A stretch of 64,000 bases of DNA from Amoebidium appalachense (lineage: Eukaryota > Protista > Ichthyosporea), in the NCBI GenBank assembly GCA_963693365.1, contig CAVNZM010000001.1, positions 7,208,907 to 7,272,906 on the forward strand. The letters are read 5' to 3'. Within the stretch, counting starts at the first letter, position 1. Each line of letters begins with the position of its first letter. The notes under the pieces were generated by a model that worked only from the letters and a program-made list of their open reading frames with translations, made no database searches and had not been told where the DNA came from. Positions 24,156 to 63,991 of this stretch are shown here, one piece after another. The translations under genes were made by a program, and so were the position numbers.

Positions 24156-27100
24156 ATAGCGGGTGCACAGGGGTCACGAGTGATGGGCTGATGATGATGC
24201 TTGTGGCCCTAGGGCATGTATTAAAACAACCCTTATCTGGAGGGAGAGAGGGGCAGGGGGGTGATGATATGTTTGTGACAATTGGTGCCCTTACAGTTAA
24301 CGCCGATCGAAGTTGCAGCACAGGATGGGCAGGTTGAGGTTGTTCGCATGCTTCTGGCGGCGGGCGCTAATATGGTAGGGCCACACAATGGTCCAAAGCA
24401 ACTCCTCATGTAAACGTCTTCCCAGTTGTGAAGCGATTTACATAATTTGCGCACACTTGTCATTTCCTCTTCTACGTTGAGTCCCGTGCCGCATTCCAAG
24501 CCTTGTTACACAGACTTACATGAAAAATCTGTCACAAGTTATGCACTCGACACCTTGAACTTCTGTTTAGTCCACTCTCACCACAGGTGCATGTCAAATT
24601 TGCACGGGCACGCGCACGTCGTCCATGCACAGGTTGTTGGGAGCCAACAATTATGGGCGCACACCTCAAACGTCGGCACGAATGCACGTGTATTAGCTGC
24701 ACATACTGTGAAGGAAGAGATCTAGGGAGTATTACAAACTTTTATGCAAAACACGGACACACATGCACACATACGCACGAGGTCTCCTAGCAACCCCCCT
24801 CCCCTCCCCCTCCCCCCACCACCACCAAAAATCATGTGGTTACAGTAGAAGCTGTAAGGATTCCTCTGTGGGTCAGACTGTCCTAACAGTGTTGTGATTT
24901 CGTGTGTCTCGAGTCGAGAGCAGGGTCGACTGAGTGAACGGGACGAATCAGATGAGAAAATGCCATTCACTATGATTACAGTGTAGTGTAGTACTATGTT
25001 ACAGAAGTGTAGTTTTAAACGAAGGCATGCATTTGTCCTGACGATGACAATGCCTTCAGGGTAGGATAGGCGCTGCTATTGACATGTATGATTATGACTT
25101 TTTCGATGAGGATGACGACTGGTCCAAGAGGAACCCCCGCAAGGTGAGCATGGGCGGATATTGAATGCATATGCCTGGCTTCTCATTCATTTCTCCATGG
25201 TTATGTGTTTTGCATTTAAGCTACTATGATATATCATATGCTTGGCACTTTGACATGTTTCCCGTTGTTATTTTGTTATAACAAACGTTCGCCGTTGCCA
25301 GTAATATGAACTGGAGGAGATGATCCAGCCTATTTTAGACGGCGTTCACATTTGTTGATTTTCAGTGCATGTCATCCAATCCCTATTGGTAACATTTTCT
25401 ATTCTACACCAGGCATCAGGTACCGCAAAAGCCAAACGGTGGGGCGCAAGTGCACCGAAGGTGAAGCGCGCAGCACAACCGGCACAGCAGCCGGCACAGG
25501 CAAAACAAGCCCAACAGGTTGGTGCATCTGGGAAACCTTTGGAATTCAACAACCCAAATAACATCCAGCGTGACTACAGCAGGAAGAGCCAAGGAAAGAT
25601 TAAGAGGACCTAGGAGGACCACGAAGAAAGGGAGAGCGAAGAAAGTGAGAAGAGGCGAAGAATGGAGCAGGAGGGAAAAAAGGAGAATAATGAGAAAGAG
25701 AAAAGGCAAAGGGAGCAGGAGGAAATAGAAAGAGAAAATCACAAAAAAGAGAGAGAAAAGAGAAAAATGAGGGAGGAGGATGAAAAAAAGGAAAATAAAG
25801 AGAGAGAAAAGAGGACAAGGAGGGAGGAGGATAAAGAAAGGGAAAATAAGAGAGAGAAGAGAGGAAAAGGAGGGAAGAGAATAAAGAAAGGGAAAATAAA
25901 GAGAGAGAAGAGAGGAAAACGAGGGAGGAGAATAACGAAAAGGAAAATAAAGAGAGAGAAAAAAGGCAAAAGAAGGACGATCTAATGAAACACGTGAAGC
26001 TGGAGCCGCAGCAGCAAGATGAAGGAAACGAATTTTCAGAGAATGCTTTGTGGTGCACAACAGACAACTTTTTGCAGGAGTGCATGGTTGGAGTGGGTCA
26101 GTTTGGACTTATTTACAAGTACCAGAAACCGGGTTCGGAGGAAAGACACATCCTCACCGGCCGACGGATCATAAATCTGGCCGATGACGTCGACACACAA
26201 ACGGATCCCGTCTTGGTGGGGCTGACTCACCCGAATGTTGCTACCGTTCTCGGCTACAGCAAAGTCCACGGGATACCTTCCACCCTAGTTTACGATCTCG
26301 CTGAATACCGCACCCTCGAGCGTATTCTGAAACCGGACTCTGAATCGGCGGGATTTCATTTAGGTCGCTGAGGGTTCGCGTCCTCGCCGGATTGGCTCGC
26401 GGGTTGTCCTTTTTACATTCCCGAAACCTGCTCCACGGCGATGTGTGTCCATGCAACATTGTGATCACGTCCGATTGGGTTCCTAAGCTGTTTGACGTCG
26501 GTTTGGCTTTGGGTCGGTGGGAACATGATGATGAGGTGTGGCAGAAAAACACTGATTACACGTGCCCCACCCTCATGCGTAAGAGAGAGAAGCGGCCGAA
26601 GTACGACCAAAAACACGACAGCTACTCGTTTGGCGCAGTGGTGCTTTCTGGGCTGAGTGGGAAGCTCGATTGTGATTTGCGCCACGAACTTGACCCATAC
26701 AGTGTACAGCCACGCGCCGACCTCAACTTTGACGTTGAAGGTGCTTGCCCCCCCTACTCACCCTCCCCCCCTTGCCCCCCCCCCCCCCCCCCCCCCCCCC
26801 CAAACCCCCCACCCCCCCTTTTTTTTTTCCTCTCACCTTTCCCAGAACTAAGACTTCTAAGTGTTTGCCCTGTCACTCAGTCGCCGACCACTTGCACTTC
26901 GAATTAGCCTCTTGGATTTAACCCCTCATCTCTTTTCCCCTAACCCCTCTTAAGAGGTGCACAGACCCACTTGTACTGTTAATGTGTGCTGCTAGGACTA
27001 CGGTCTGTTTATCTTAGCAAAGGCAGGGGCCCACTACTCGTACGCTGGCCACCATCCCTTACACACCTGCACATGTAAAAAAAACCCCAAACTCGCGTAA

Positions 27101-27737
27101 ATTTTCCTGGAAAATATCATCTTGCTATGCCAGCTTTATGACACATATTTATCCTGTTAGCTTCGTGCACTGTCAAACGCTCACCATACACCCCACAGTG
27201 CACCCCCGTCTTTCCGAGCCCTTCCCCCAAGACCTCCAAACAGTCCTTCGCCACTGTGCCCGTGTTTGTGCATCAGAGGACTACCACTGCCGCAAACTAG
27301 TGTCGGCACAAACCCCCACCATAAACAAAAAGGAGAGGTCCAATCTGCCGGCTATTTTTGCCCACCTCCCTCCTGTAACCAATCAGCCCGCACCGTGTGC
27401 TGCATGCCACATTTACAAAGAACAGTGCTAGGGTGCAGTGTGTGAAGGGACAGGGCCATTGGCTGTGTGCTAGCCCATGCCTGACCAGCCAAATTGAGGT
27501 GCTGCCCTCCCCCTCCCCCTCCCCCCCCCCCCCCCCCCCCCTCGCTTGCTGTCTAAGGCTTTCCCCTCCACTTTTCCCCTCTGAAATTGCTTACATCTCC
27601 ACACTTGTCCAATTAGGATCACCCCCTGCTACCACAGTCTAACATCATGAACATATATGTCCACCCCCCCCCCCCCGCCCCCCTTCCCCTACCTCCCCCC
27701 CCCCCCCCCCCCCCCCTTCCTCCCTCCCCCTCCCCTC

Positions 27738-27783
<46 letters not shown>

Positions 27784-27845
27784 GTGACACACACACCCGT
27801 CCTTTGGCCGAGCAGTTCTCTAACTTGTCGAACTGCTGATCGCTT

Positions 27846-27880
<35 letters not shown>

Positions 27881-28102
27881 TTCCCTCCCCCCGCTCCTCT
27901 CGACAACCCGTTTGCTTTCCTACTCCGAGACTCCCACACCCATACTCCTTCCTGCTGCCTGACATACCTTCCACAGCTGGCCATCCCGAAAAAAGTGTGT
28001 CTGCAATGTGTTGTGTGCAGAGACTGCTACAGTATGGATGACCTGCGCACAGTGGAAGCCCTGAGGCCACAGCTCAAGGCTTATGAGGATGCCCGCTGCT
28101 GA
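20571..28102 (+). pseudogene. Ankyrin-repeat + charged repeat + Pelle/IRAK/RLK-like kinase gene, apparently disabled
   Basis: Ankyrin exons 20571-20662 (TPLHRAAAHG), 21114-21260 (TPLHDACHNGHPEVVEMLL), ~22884-22984 and 24297-24373; acidic exon ~25060-25143; large exon 25413-26740 with GVGQFG, HPNVATVLGY, LVYD, ARGLSFLH, HGDVCPCN, PKLFDVGLA and DSYSFGAVVL; exons 27198-27300 and ~28033-28102. Lesions: in-frame TAG at 25611-25613, 1-nt deletion at ~25848, frameshift at ~26360. Confidence 0.8.
23996..24152. repeat. (CCTG)n tetranucleotide microsatellite
   Basis: Read directly from the sequence. Confidence 0.95.
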
Positions 28103-28960
28103 AAAAGGAGCGACACCTGGTGGTTTGCTTCTCTGCTCTTATTTGGTCGCTGTTCTTCTTGGGGGGGTTTTTTTTTGGTTCTTGTGAACTGGACTTTGGT
28201 TCAACTTGGGTGGCATAGCTTAGAGAACTTTGAGCTGATTCAATGTACTTTTGCGTGGATTGCCATTATGCGTTGTTATTTGACAAAGGGTTATTTCCTA
28301 ATCCCGTTTTGTGACTTGGTTTGTGACATTTTTTTCTGTAGATGTACTGTGCACACCGATGGGTTTTGTAGGATGATGGTGCAACCACTTGGTGAGAGAA
28401 CGGGAGTCTTTAAAGGGGGGCCCTAAAAGGAGGGCAGGGAAGGAGGAGGGGGTGAGGGGGGCGGGGGGTGGGGGGGGGTAGGGGGGGGGGGTGGGGGGGG
28501 GGTAGACGTTCTTTCAAATTATTCAACATAATGTGTGCTTTTACTCCGTGCTACATGGTATCGACCAGTATGAAGCTGTTAATCATGTGGATAGCTTCAA
28601 AGGGGGCCTTTGGTTAACAGTTTCCCAAGGGCTCTCTTTTCAAAATTTGTAAGTGCATTCTTTGTTTCTCGGGGCTATGGGGTTGGTGAGGTTTACACCT
28701 CTTTTTGCAACTGCTTGTTTGCAGTATACTTAAACATCGATACTTAAATAGGAGAGCTCGAGATTATTTGACCCTTGCATCTTAGCAATCCAGTGAGGAA
28801 GAATAAATCCAGTGTTTATGTACATGTGCCCCATCAAAGTTTTTGAGCCAACTACCTCGTGACGTATCCGATTCTGGTATGCCTATAAAACTGGTCCCGT
28901 GCGAAAATTACTCTTCTCCGCGCCACATTTATATCCCCTCCGTCCCTCCCCAATCCCCCA

Positions 28961-29003
<43 letters not shown>

Positions 29004-29099
29004 AAAAAAAAAAGAAAAGAAAAAAGAAAAAAAAGAAAAAAAGCCGTCTTTCCTACCCTATCCCATCTCGTAATCAGTATTAGTGTTTTAGGGTTCATA

Positions 29100-39194
<10,095 letters not shown>

Positions 39195-39456
39195 TTTTGA
39201 AGCGTTTTCTTTTTCTTTTCTTCCTTTCTCTGCTTGTATGTGATACGCATATGTGCGGACTTGTGTTGGTGGTGGTGGTGGTGTGTATAGGAGAAGGGAC
39301 GGGGGGAGGGGAGGGGAGGGGGGGGGGCGGGGGGGGAGGGGGGGAGGGGGAGGGGGGAGGGGGAGGGGATATCAGGCTCCTCCCTTGACATGAGACGGAA
39401 ACCAAATAGTAGGCGATACTAGGCAATGGGGAGACGGGGAACGGCGAGGGGGGGGG

Positions 39457-39499
<43 letters not shown>

Positions 39500-40189
39500 C
39501 GGGGGAGGTAAGGGGGGGCATGGCCAGAATGGAGCTGCTGAAAGCACAGAGCGGGTAGGTTGTGTGTCCGTGGGCTGAGGGGAGGGGGAGGGAAAGAGGG
39601 GGGAAGGGGGTGAAGGGAGGGGGGTAAGGGAGTAAAGAAGAGAGGGATAGGAGAAAACATCAAGGAAGCAAATCAAAGGAGTGGGTTGAAATCAATAGGT
39701 GGGGAAGGGATAAGGGTCGGAGCAGCGGAAGGGGAGGGGGGGGGGGGGGGGGGGGAGGGGGGGAGGGGAGGGGGGAGGGGAGGGGGGGAGGGGGAGGGGG
39801 GGGGGGGGGGGGGGGGGAGGCAAACGAGACGCGGATCTTGGTCCACGTTCTATATCTCCGTGTTCCCCGTTTATTCTACTGAAGGTGTATGAAACATAAA
39901 CTGCTTGTGAGCTGGTAGAAATCTCCAACGTTTGAGTTGGTGCAAGCATGCATATGTAGGTTCAAGATGCGTAGGCATATGACATATACATGTGCTAACA
40001 ATGTAGAGGTTGGGCCCTACATGCATGTAAAAAGGAAAGATAAACTCTTCAAGAGAGCTTACCGAAGTCAAAGTTGAGTCACACATGTACATAGTCATGA
40101 TCACAGCCTTGCTCCGAAGTCTGAGCTGCCCACTCAGTGAGCAGGCTCAGCTGGAGCCTCAGAGGGACGAATTGATGAAGGATCAGAAA

Positions 40190-40270
40190 GTTTCCCGCCA
40201 TTTTTGAGGGCCTGATGCGTCATCCTCCAATCATATGAAACGTCTCAACGGGAATATCTGATTGGACAGG
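40190..40270. promoter_or_regulatory. Possible promoter of the minus-strand coiled-coil gene
   Basis: CGCCATTTT (YY1-type) at ~40196, CCAATCA at ~40227 and TGATTGG at ~40259, upstream of the gene and between divergent genes. Motif presence only. Confidence 0.25.
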
Positions 40271-41356
40271 AATGACACAAACCCACAACTTGAGCTAAAC
40301 GGTGTGGCACGTTGCAACTTGCAATTGCATCTTATTACGTAAGCGGTGCCCGAACTCAAAGTTGTTTCAATCTTAATTCTAAACAACTATCGTGAAGAGC
40401 TTTATGCTATTCTTCGTAAATATTTACGATTTTTGTTATTTAGTCAAGAATGGTTTCAATATAGAACCTTCTACATTTTGTGGTCCTGGTGATTCTGGCT
40501 GGGTGCACAAGAATTGTCACATGCCGCGAATTCCCAAAAAGGCATGCATCAATGCTAGGTTTACGGAGAACTGCCAGCCTCGGCCGTGTACAGGCCAGTT
40601 ACTGTAGGCTGAAGCTTCAAATTGCCAAGACATTATTCGTCTGTAATCGAAAATTTTGCAAAATATTTTTTCAATAAACTTTTCACTGTATGTTGCGTTT
40701 TGGATAAATGGAAAAGAAGATAGATAGATACGGAGAGATCGATACTTCCTGCTAATAGATAGTCAAGGGAGAACGGTTTTGTGTAGGCAAGTTCTGAGGC
40801 AACTATTTCGGCGACAGTAAAACGAAATTCCAGCTGATATGCCATTTGCAAAGTTCAAATGCCAGTTAAGATTTGCATGGAAGAAAAGTAATTAAATTCT
40901 CACGCATTATTTCACTCTATAGACAGAACAGATATATTTACCTGCCGTTCGAAAGTTCAGCGATCACCTTACACAGTAAAATAAAAGAAGCACGCAAGCT
41001 ATTTACATCGCTCTGTTGGAAGCTTCATTTTATCCTTTTAGGCCTGTTTATTGGCTTGGCTCGAGATTACGTTTATGTCGATGGTGCAAGTATATTAGTC
41101 TTTTGTGTATACTCTGTCAAAATACTTTCTTGTTTCAACACGGTGGGATCTAGGAGCTAACAGCACCATACTGTTACGTCACATTGACAGACTACATACA
41201 CCTTGGGCCATTCCCAAGCAGCCAAGTTCCGGACGCACAAAAGTGCACATGCGTGCGCCTGCAAAGCCAGTTCTGCCTTGTGTGGTTCCGTGCATTTGTT
41301 ACAGAATCTGATCTTAAATCCCATTCACATTTGACGCACTTGGTAACTCGACGAGA

Positions 41357-43213
41357 ATGAAAGCTATCAGGTATGGAAGGCAAAACATTAGAGCATAGTC
41401 CTTTTTTTTGTAACTTAACCGCAAAGTTGACACCACACACATTGGCCCACCATTGCAGGGCACAGTTTTTTTCCACAAAGTCTTGTCAGCAACCTTTACC
41501 GTGCCACGTCCTGCAGCGCTTGAATCGGCTTCACAGTGAACACTGAAGATATAAGTGATATGAAGATACCTTCTTGCAGGGCCATGTTAGCAATCAACTC
41601 GGTATTGTCCATAATACTTTTCGATGTCAAGATGAACTCCACTGTTCCATGCAGATGGAAAAACTCAGTTGTTCCAAGCAGATGGACTCTCACCTCCCGA
41701 TGCTTCCCCCAGCAACCCACCCCCTGCCCCTCCCCTTCCGCTCCCCTACGCACCCCACCCTCCCCTTTCGTTCTTTTATCGCACCCACTTCTAATCCCTT
41801 CTCCCCACCTACAGTACCATCGTTGCATGTGCCGTCCTGGGCCACCAGGCGGCCGCTGCCCCCATCGACGATTTTAACATGGATGACTTGGAGCTTTTCG
41901 ATATGATGGCCGCCCCCACTCCCATGATGACAGACATGCCTATGCCTGAGCCTGTGCCCGTGCCTGTGAGCATACAGCCGGGAATGACCTCTGGTGGTCT
42001 GATACCTATTGTGGGCGGCCAGGGCCCCCCAGGTGCAGCCCCCCCAGTACCCAACGTTGGAAGTGCACCTCCTGGGGCACCCCCTCAGGGCAAGCCGGCT
42101 ATTGGCGGTAGGTCTAGCCCCAGTGTTTTACTTTTGTGGTGCTTTGCACTTTGTTTGCCTCTTATATTATATTTAATGCTGGTTTTTGCCTCTGTGGTTG
42201 ATGTTGCTTGATCCAAGTGGGTTGTATGGACCGTCCTAAAGCAAAGCCGTACGAGTTTATGCCGTGAAACGAAACGCTAGACCGCTAGAGAGTACCGAGT
42301 TTGACTTGTTAGGTTAAATAAGGGCACGCCTCATCTTTTCTGTACGTAAGTGTGGGCAAATGCTGATTTGTGAGATACCCTGAGAGCTAACACGAGAACA
42401 TTTTGCAGCAACCGTCGGGCAGTCAATCCTGTGTCCCCAGGGCTGCGGCGTGTTCTCTGTGTGCGGTGAGCGTGGCTGCCAGTGTGTCAACGCGAACTAC
42501 GAGTTCATTGACAAGAACAACCCGAACGGTGGCTGCAGGCGTACGTATTCACTCCATGGTAGTTTGATACGCTGTGTAGGCCCGATTATCTCCTTGTTTT
42601 GATTTTTCGCTAGAGTGGATGAACTAACAGTGCATGTGCTCACATGAACAACTGTAACAAGAGCTACACTTTATGGTAATGCTATCATATGGAACACATC
42701 CCCCATTAAGCTTGCACATTAAACCCGACATATCTTGTGTGAGCTGCCACAATATTTCTTCACACGCCAGGTTTGCCTTTTTTGTGTGTGTCCAGCGCCA
42801 CCCAGAACAGCCTACTCCTTTTCCGTCTCCCTTAACTCTGTGAACTGTTTGTGTTTGTGATACTAACACCCGTTCCACCCACAGTCAAGCCCCCTCCCAA
42901 GCTTCAGCAGAAGAGCTCAGGCAAGTGCCTCGACTACAGCCTCAACCTTGTCGACTGCGGTGGCGCCCCATCGTTCTCATACGTTATGGGCACACTCAGA
43001 ACAACCGAGAACCCTCCCCGCTGTGTGGGTCTGCGAAATGACAATGACTCTGGTGTTATTCTTGCTCCATGCAATGGAAAGAATCAGGATTGGGTTTCGA
43101 ACGACGGCATGTATATCCTTGGCGGTACGCAGTGTCTTACGTTTTCATCGTCCCTGTACGCCGGATCGTGCTACGGCACCGATGACCAGAGGTGGATTCT
43201 TGGGTCGAAGTGA
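41357..43213 (+). CDS. Secreted protein: signal peptide, Pro/Gly-rich linker, EGF-like module, ricin-B (R-type) lectin-like domain
   Basis: Four phase-compatible exons: 41357-41370 (MKAIS, AG|GTATGG); ~41815-42107 (TIVACAVLGHQAAAAP...PPGAAPPVP); 42409-42540 (CPQGCGVFSVCGERGCQCVNANYEFIDKNNPNGGCR); ~42885-43213 (SSGKCLD...RCV...LAPCNGKNQDW...QCL...SCYGTDDQRW). GKCLD and repeated QxW are ricin-B signatures. Confidence 0.82.
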
Positions 43214-43936
43214 GTCTAGGTGCGGATGGTTGTAGTGTTGGCACTTGTCACTGACTGATAAATACTCTTCGACTACGTCATACATGAAAAATAGTATCAC
43301 TAAAAGGATATCGGATCAGATATAAATGTATACGTCACATACATGCCTGTAACAACACGGGCCTGGAGTGTGATCGGTTACAAATGTATACTACAATCTA
43401 ATTATGTTAGTATGAACGAATTTATGCATGCCAGGAGGTTTATTGCAAATATTAGCCTGTGTTCAATGCAGTAATACATTGGTTCGCGGGACCTACTTTC
43501 TGCTCTGCCAGGTCCAGGCTGGGATAACGCAGCCCATATATAGAGGAAGGTTAAGAGCACTTATGTTTGTCGTGTGACAAAATAACGAGCTCTCTGCTAG
43601 CTAAAAAAAATCGGCTAGCTTTAAAATACAGGCATCCAACAAATTTAATTGGATTGGGCATCTTAGCAGCCAACAGTGACTGGACTGAACACGTGCTCTC
43701 CTGTGTTTAATTATGCAAACTTTCCCCGGCCCGTATCGATTCATTCAATACATAAACACATGGCCGCGGCCACACATGTATGCACTTTGCACACTCACAC
43801 AGACACACGAACACACTAAATAGTATCATCCCTCCCCCCCCTTCTCTTGCGCCCCATCTATCACTTATAAAGGGCTCTAATATTAATCTCTTCGTTGTTG
43901 AAGGACAACCAACACTACCGACTATACCGGGAGGAA

Positions 43937-43974
<38 letters not shown>

Positions 43975-44206
43975 ATGCAGTATTCTCCCCCAACCTCCCC
44001 CCCCCCCCCCCCCCCCCCCCCTTGTCCCCTCCACCTAGCGTGAGGGGCCCGTCTTGGTTCACTTTATTCAATGGTTAGTTCTCTGCCTTTATTCCTTGCC
44101 TCGGGGCTTCCGAAATTCCACATGGAAGCTCAAAACAGCTCGCGTGTGGGGCTGTGGGTTCATGATTCAGCCTGGTCGACGAATGCAAATGAAAGACTGC
44201 GCAAAT

Positions 44207-44248
<42 letters not shown>

Positions 44249-44941
44249 ATCCACCGTACCGCGCATGTGTATGCATGTGTGTGTACATGTATGTGTGTGG
44301 GTGTGGGTGTGTGCGTGCAGTGTTTGCTTGTGTGCAAAAGCGCTCGCGAGTGTGTTATGCGCCATGTGTGTCTGCGTGTCACCTGGCGCACACGCGTGTG
44401 TGTGTTTGGTGTGTGTGTGTTGACGGTGAATGTGTCTAATGCGTGTGTGCACGTGTGCGTTGTGTGTGCGTATGATGTGCACATGTGTGTGTGTGTTTGC
44501 AACTTTGTCTGTTATTGTTTGTGCGTGTTTGAATGACTGCGTATGAAGTGCGGTACATACGTGTCTGCATCTGCCAGCGGCCGCGATATGTGCGTGTGTG
44601 CTATTATGAATATCACGGTCTACATGTACATGTGCCACGACCGCGTGTATGTTATCAATGTGCCCATATGTTAACGCAATTTGCCACGTGTGGTATGGGC
44701 AGAATGGGATGGTAATGCCTGTGCACCGTGACGTCTGACGTATGCCAAGGTTAGTCGCTGGTACAGCTAGCTGCATGTGTACTTGAAGTTTGGTGGCTTC
44801 TGCTCTCTAGGTGTATACAGCAAAAAGGTACGTTTTAGAAATGATGCACGCCTCCCATGAAGAATCAGCAGCCTCCGGCACTGAGAATGAAGCCAAGATC
44901 TGGTGGGGAAGCTTGACTTCGGGGGGGGAAAAAAAAAAAAG

Positions 44942-44975
<34 letters not shown>

Positions 44976-45134
44976 GCAGGGAGGTAGTGGCCCGTAGTTG
45001 GGGGAGTGGGGCTCAGGGGGTTGGGGGGAGCTACGGAGGCACGACTCCCTTGCTACGTATTCGATTTGGACGGGTGGGTCTTCCGAGCTCCGGCTATTCC
45101 CGTGTTAAGGGGAGGGGGAGGAAGGGATTCGAAT

Positions 45135-45178
<44 letters not shown>

Positions 45179-46674
45179 TTTACCCCCGCCCCCCTCCTCC
45201 CCCTTCCCCTCCGGAGGCCTGGGATGGACGCGATTCTCCAGTCTCCCCACATGTAAAGCATTTGCCGCGTGCACACACACTAGACATACACGGCGGTTTT
45301 GCACAAATTTTACACAGATACCTGTGCACACATATATGTGTGCATGTACAAGACACTGTACACGGCGGGGTTTGCGTGGCACAAATCTGCAATGCACACC
45401 TGCACAATACATGGAGGTGACTCACCAATAAAATAATTGATGGCAGGCTGCTTTGGACATGCGCACACCGCAAAGTGTCTTACATACTCCCCAACACTTT
45501 TTTCATTTCTGCTGCTAAGTCTTACATTTCGAATTCAACTTCCGCCCTATACGGACCAGGTACATATTCAACTAGTGCCCGGTATAGGGTTTATTTCAAA
45601 ATTCACGTCCCCGGAGACCGCTAAACGGACACTGGCAAGAGTGTGTATAGGCCCACCCACATAGTTTTCTGCACATAGCAGACTTATTCTGCTTCTAGCA
45701 GAGTTATTCGGCAGGATTTTTTTTTTTTTTCCTTCTGGTCATGGCAGCAGAATAAACGTTTTCTAAGCAGAATTATCCTGCAGCTTTTGTTGAATATCTG
45801 CTTTTGCTAAGTAATTCGGCATTTTAGCAGAATTTATACATTTAGCAGAGTAGTTCAATTCATGCAGTTATAATAAAGGCTTGCAGTATACTTCTGTTTG
45901 GAGCAAGTTGCTAGGCTCTGCCGATGTAGACGGGCCCTCAAGCAAAAGGTCGGCACTCTCGTGCACGACAAACTCGCACACACATTCACGCACGCATGCA
46001 CACACACACGTATGCATGTACGCATGCTGTGGTGTACACACTCGCATACGTACGTACACCCACACACTGTCAACCGAACATATACATGACCACATTTTTG
46101 GATCCCCTCACTGAGTACATATGCTCCAGGTGCACACACATGTACAGCCAGCGACATGAAGGCAGACCCGGGGGTTTATGCACTTTGTATTGCTGCGGAC
46201 ATCATCAGGGGCCCAGCCTCACTTGACGGCCTACTGCGTTTTCCAGCGCAGCCAATCAAAGCAGCTAGTGACTTATGTACACTGTATGCAATAAAACCAA
46301 CCTAGTATAGATTATGGATAAGCAGAAGCTAGCATTGGTAGCTCCGAGAGAAAGTAAGACACCGTATCACAATATCATATGCATACTGTGCAGCATTAAT
46401 AAGGTGGTCTAACACGGTCATTTTATAATGGATATACTGGGGGAGAGAAGTAGAAAAGAAAATAAAGCCGCCCATAACCTCCGGTTCTACCACGTTAGCT
46501 AACAGGTCATACTTATTAATAGTCATATGCATCCACGAGTAAACTGCCCCCCACACATGTTATACATACGAGCAGGAGACACCAAAAACCGATTACAACG
46601 CCAAGACATAATCATCTTTGCATATTTATACGACACAACATCATGAATAAACGAATCTATATTAGTATCGATTT

Positions 46675-47080
46675 TAGTAAAAGGGCACACTTTTTGACGT
46701 TAACCTTCATGTCGTTGCGCTGGCACCAATGTTCAACCACACGAATATATTGCCGTAGTTCGATAGGATCGGATGACATAAGCACAATATCGTCGGCAAA
46801 AAAGAGGGCGGGGGGAGCCTGGGATGGCAACCCCTCTTCAATTTGTGCCGCAGAAAGAGCGTCGGCTAAATCATCAATATACAGGTTGAAAAGAAGTGGG
46901 CTTAGCAGGGACCCTTGAAGTACCCCGCGCGTGCGGGTAAACCCTGGGGATAGCCGTCCATTAACCACCGCCTGTCCGCGTGTTAACGTAAACATAGCTT
47001 CCAGTAGCCGACCCATTTGGAATGGGACACCGCAAGTGGCCAACTTGGCCCACAGGCGAGGGAGGTCGACCGTGTCAAAA
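46675..47080 (-). mobile_element. Non-LTR (LINE) retrotransposon reverse transcriptase fragment
   Basis: FDTVD...LWAKL...G; GVLQGSLLSPLLFNLYIDDL; LFFADDIVL; VNVKKC are the central RT motifs of LINE elements. Truncated on both sides. Confidence 0.9.
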
Positions 47081-47614
47081 AATAATGCCACTACAAGCAT
47101 AGGCGAACAACCACATCATGATATCAAATGTGCAGCTGAGAATATTGACTGCTTTCCAAACCATCAACCCAATGGCATACGTTTTGCATTCAATTATGTA
47201 CATACAGGCGCACTCAATGTTAGTGAGTAGAAAGCAATATTGACACTTCTGATAGCACTTCCCCTGGGAGTTTCATTTTGCTTGGTACACGCAAACCACA
47301 ATCGTATATTCTCTTCTTGGATAGAAAATTACACCAACAGCTATGTAGCCACAGCTTGGCTTAGAGAAATTTGAATGAAGGAATTGGGCATGAAACACGA
47401 GATTCGAACCAAATGTTGCCCCCCCCCCCCCCCCCCCCCCCCCCCTCGCCCCCCTTCCCCTCTCTTAACACACAAACACTGACGTTTTACCAAGCACAAA
47501 AATACAGAAAATGAAACAATATATCTTCCGTTCCTTAAAAATTTAAAGAAGGAAATAATGAAAGTAAACCAAAGAAAAGAAGCGAGAGCAGTCGACGACA
47601 CAAGGTACCCACGC

Positions 47615-63739
<16,125 letters not shown>

Positions 63740-63953
63740 TGAAGAGGGTAAATAAAAAAAAGGGAAGGGGAAGGGGGGAGGGGGGCGGGGGGAGGGTGGA
63801 AGGGGAAGGGGGGCAGGTAGAGGGGGGTGTCAGTGGAATGTGTGCGTGTGTGTGCGTGTACGCGCGCACACGTGTGTGTGCATGTGTGTTGTGTGTGGGT
63901 GGGTGGATGGGTGGGGTCGGGGTCGGGGGCGGAGAGTGGTGGTGGTGGTGGGG

Positions 63954-63991
<38 letters not shown>

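Noticed and set aside
20481-25613. TAG reassignment or readthrough (in-frame TAGs at 20481 and 25611; most confident gene stops in the window are TGA)
   Set aside because: The intact NHE, DDX24 and lectin exons I translated contain no in-frame TAA/TAG, and the same kinase gene also has two frameshifts, so pseudogenisation is simpler.
40392-41310. Short AT-rich ORFs between the divergent genes
   Set aside because: No motifs or splice structure recognised; possibly decayed TE but unsupported.
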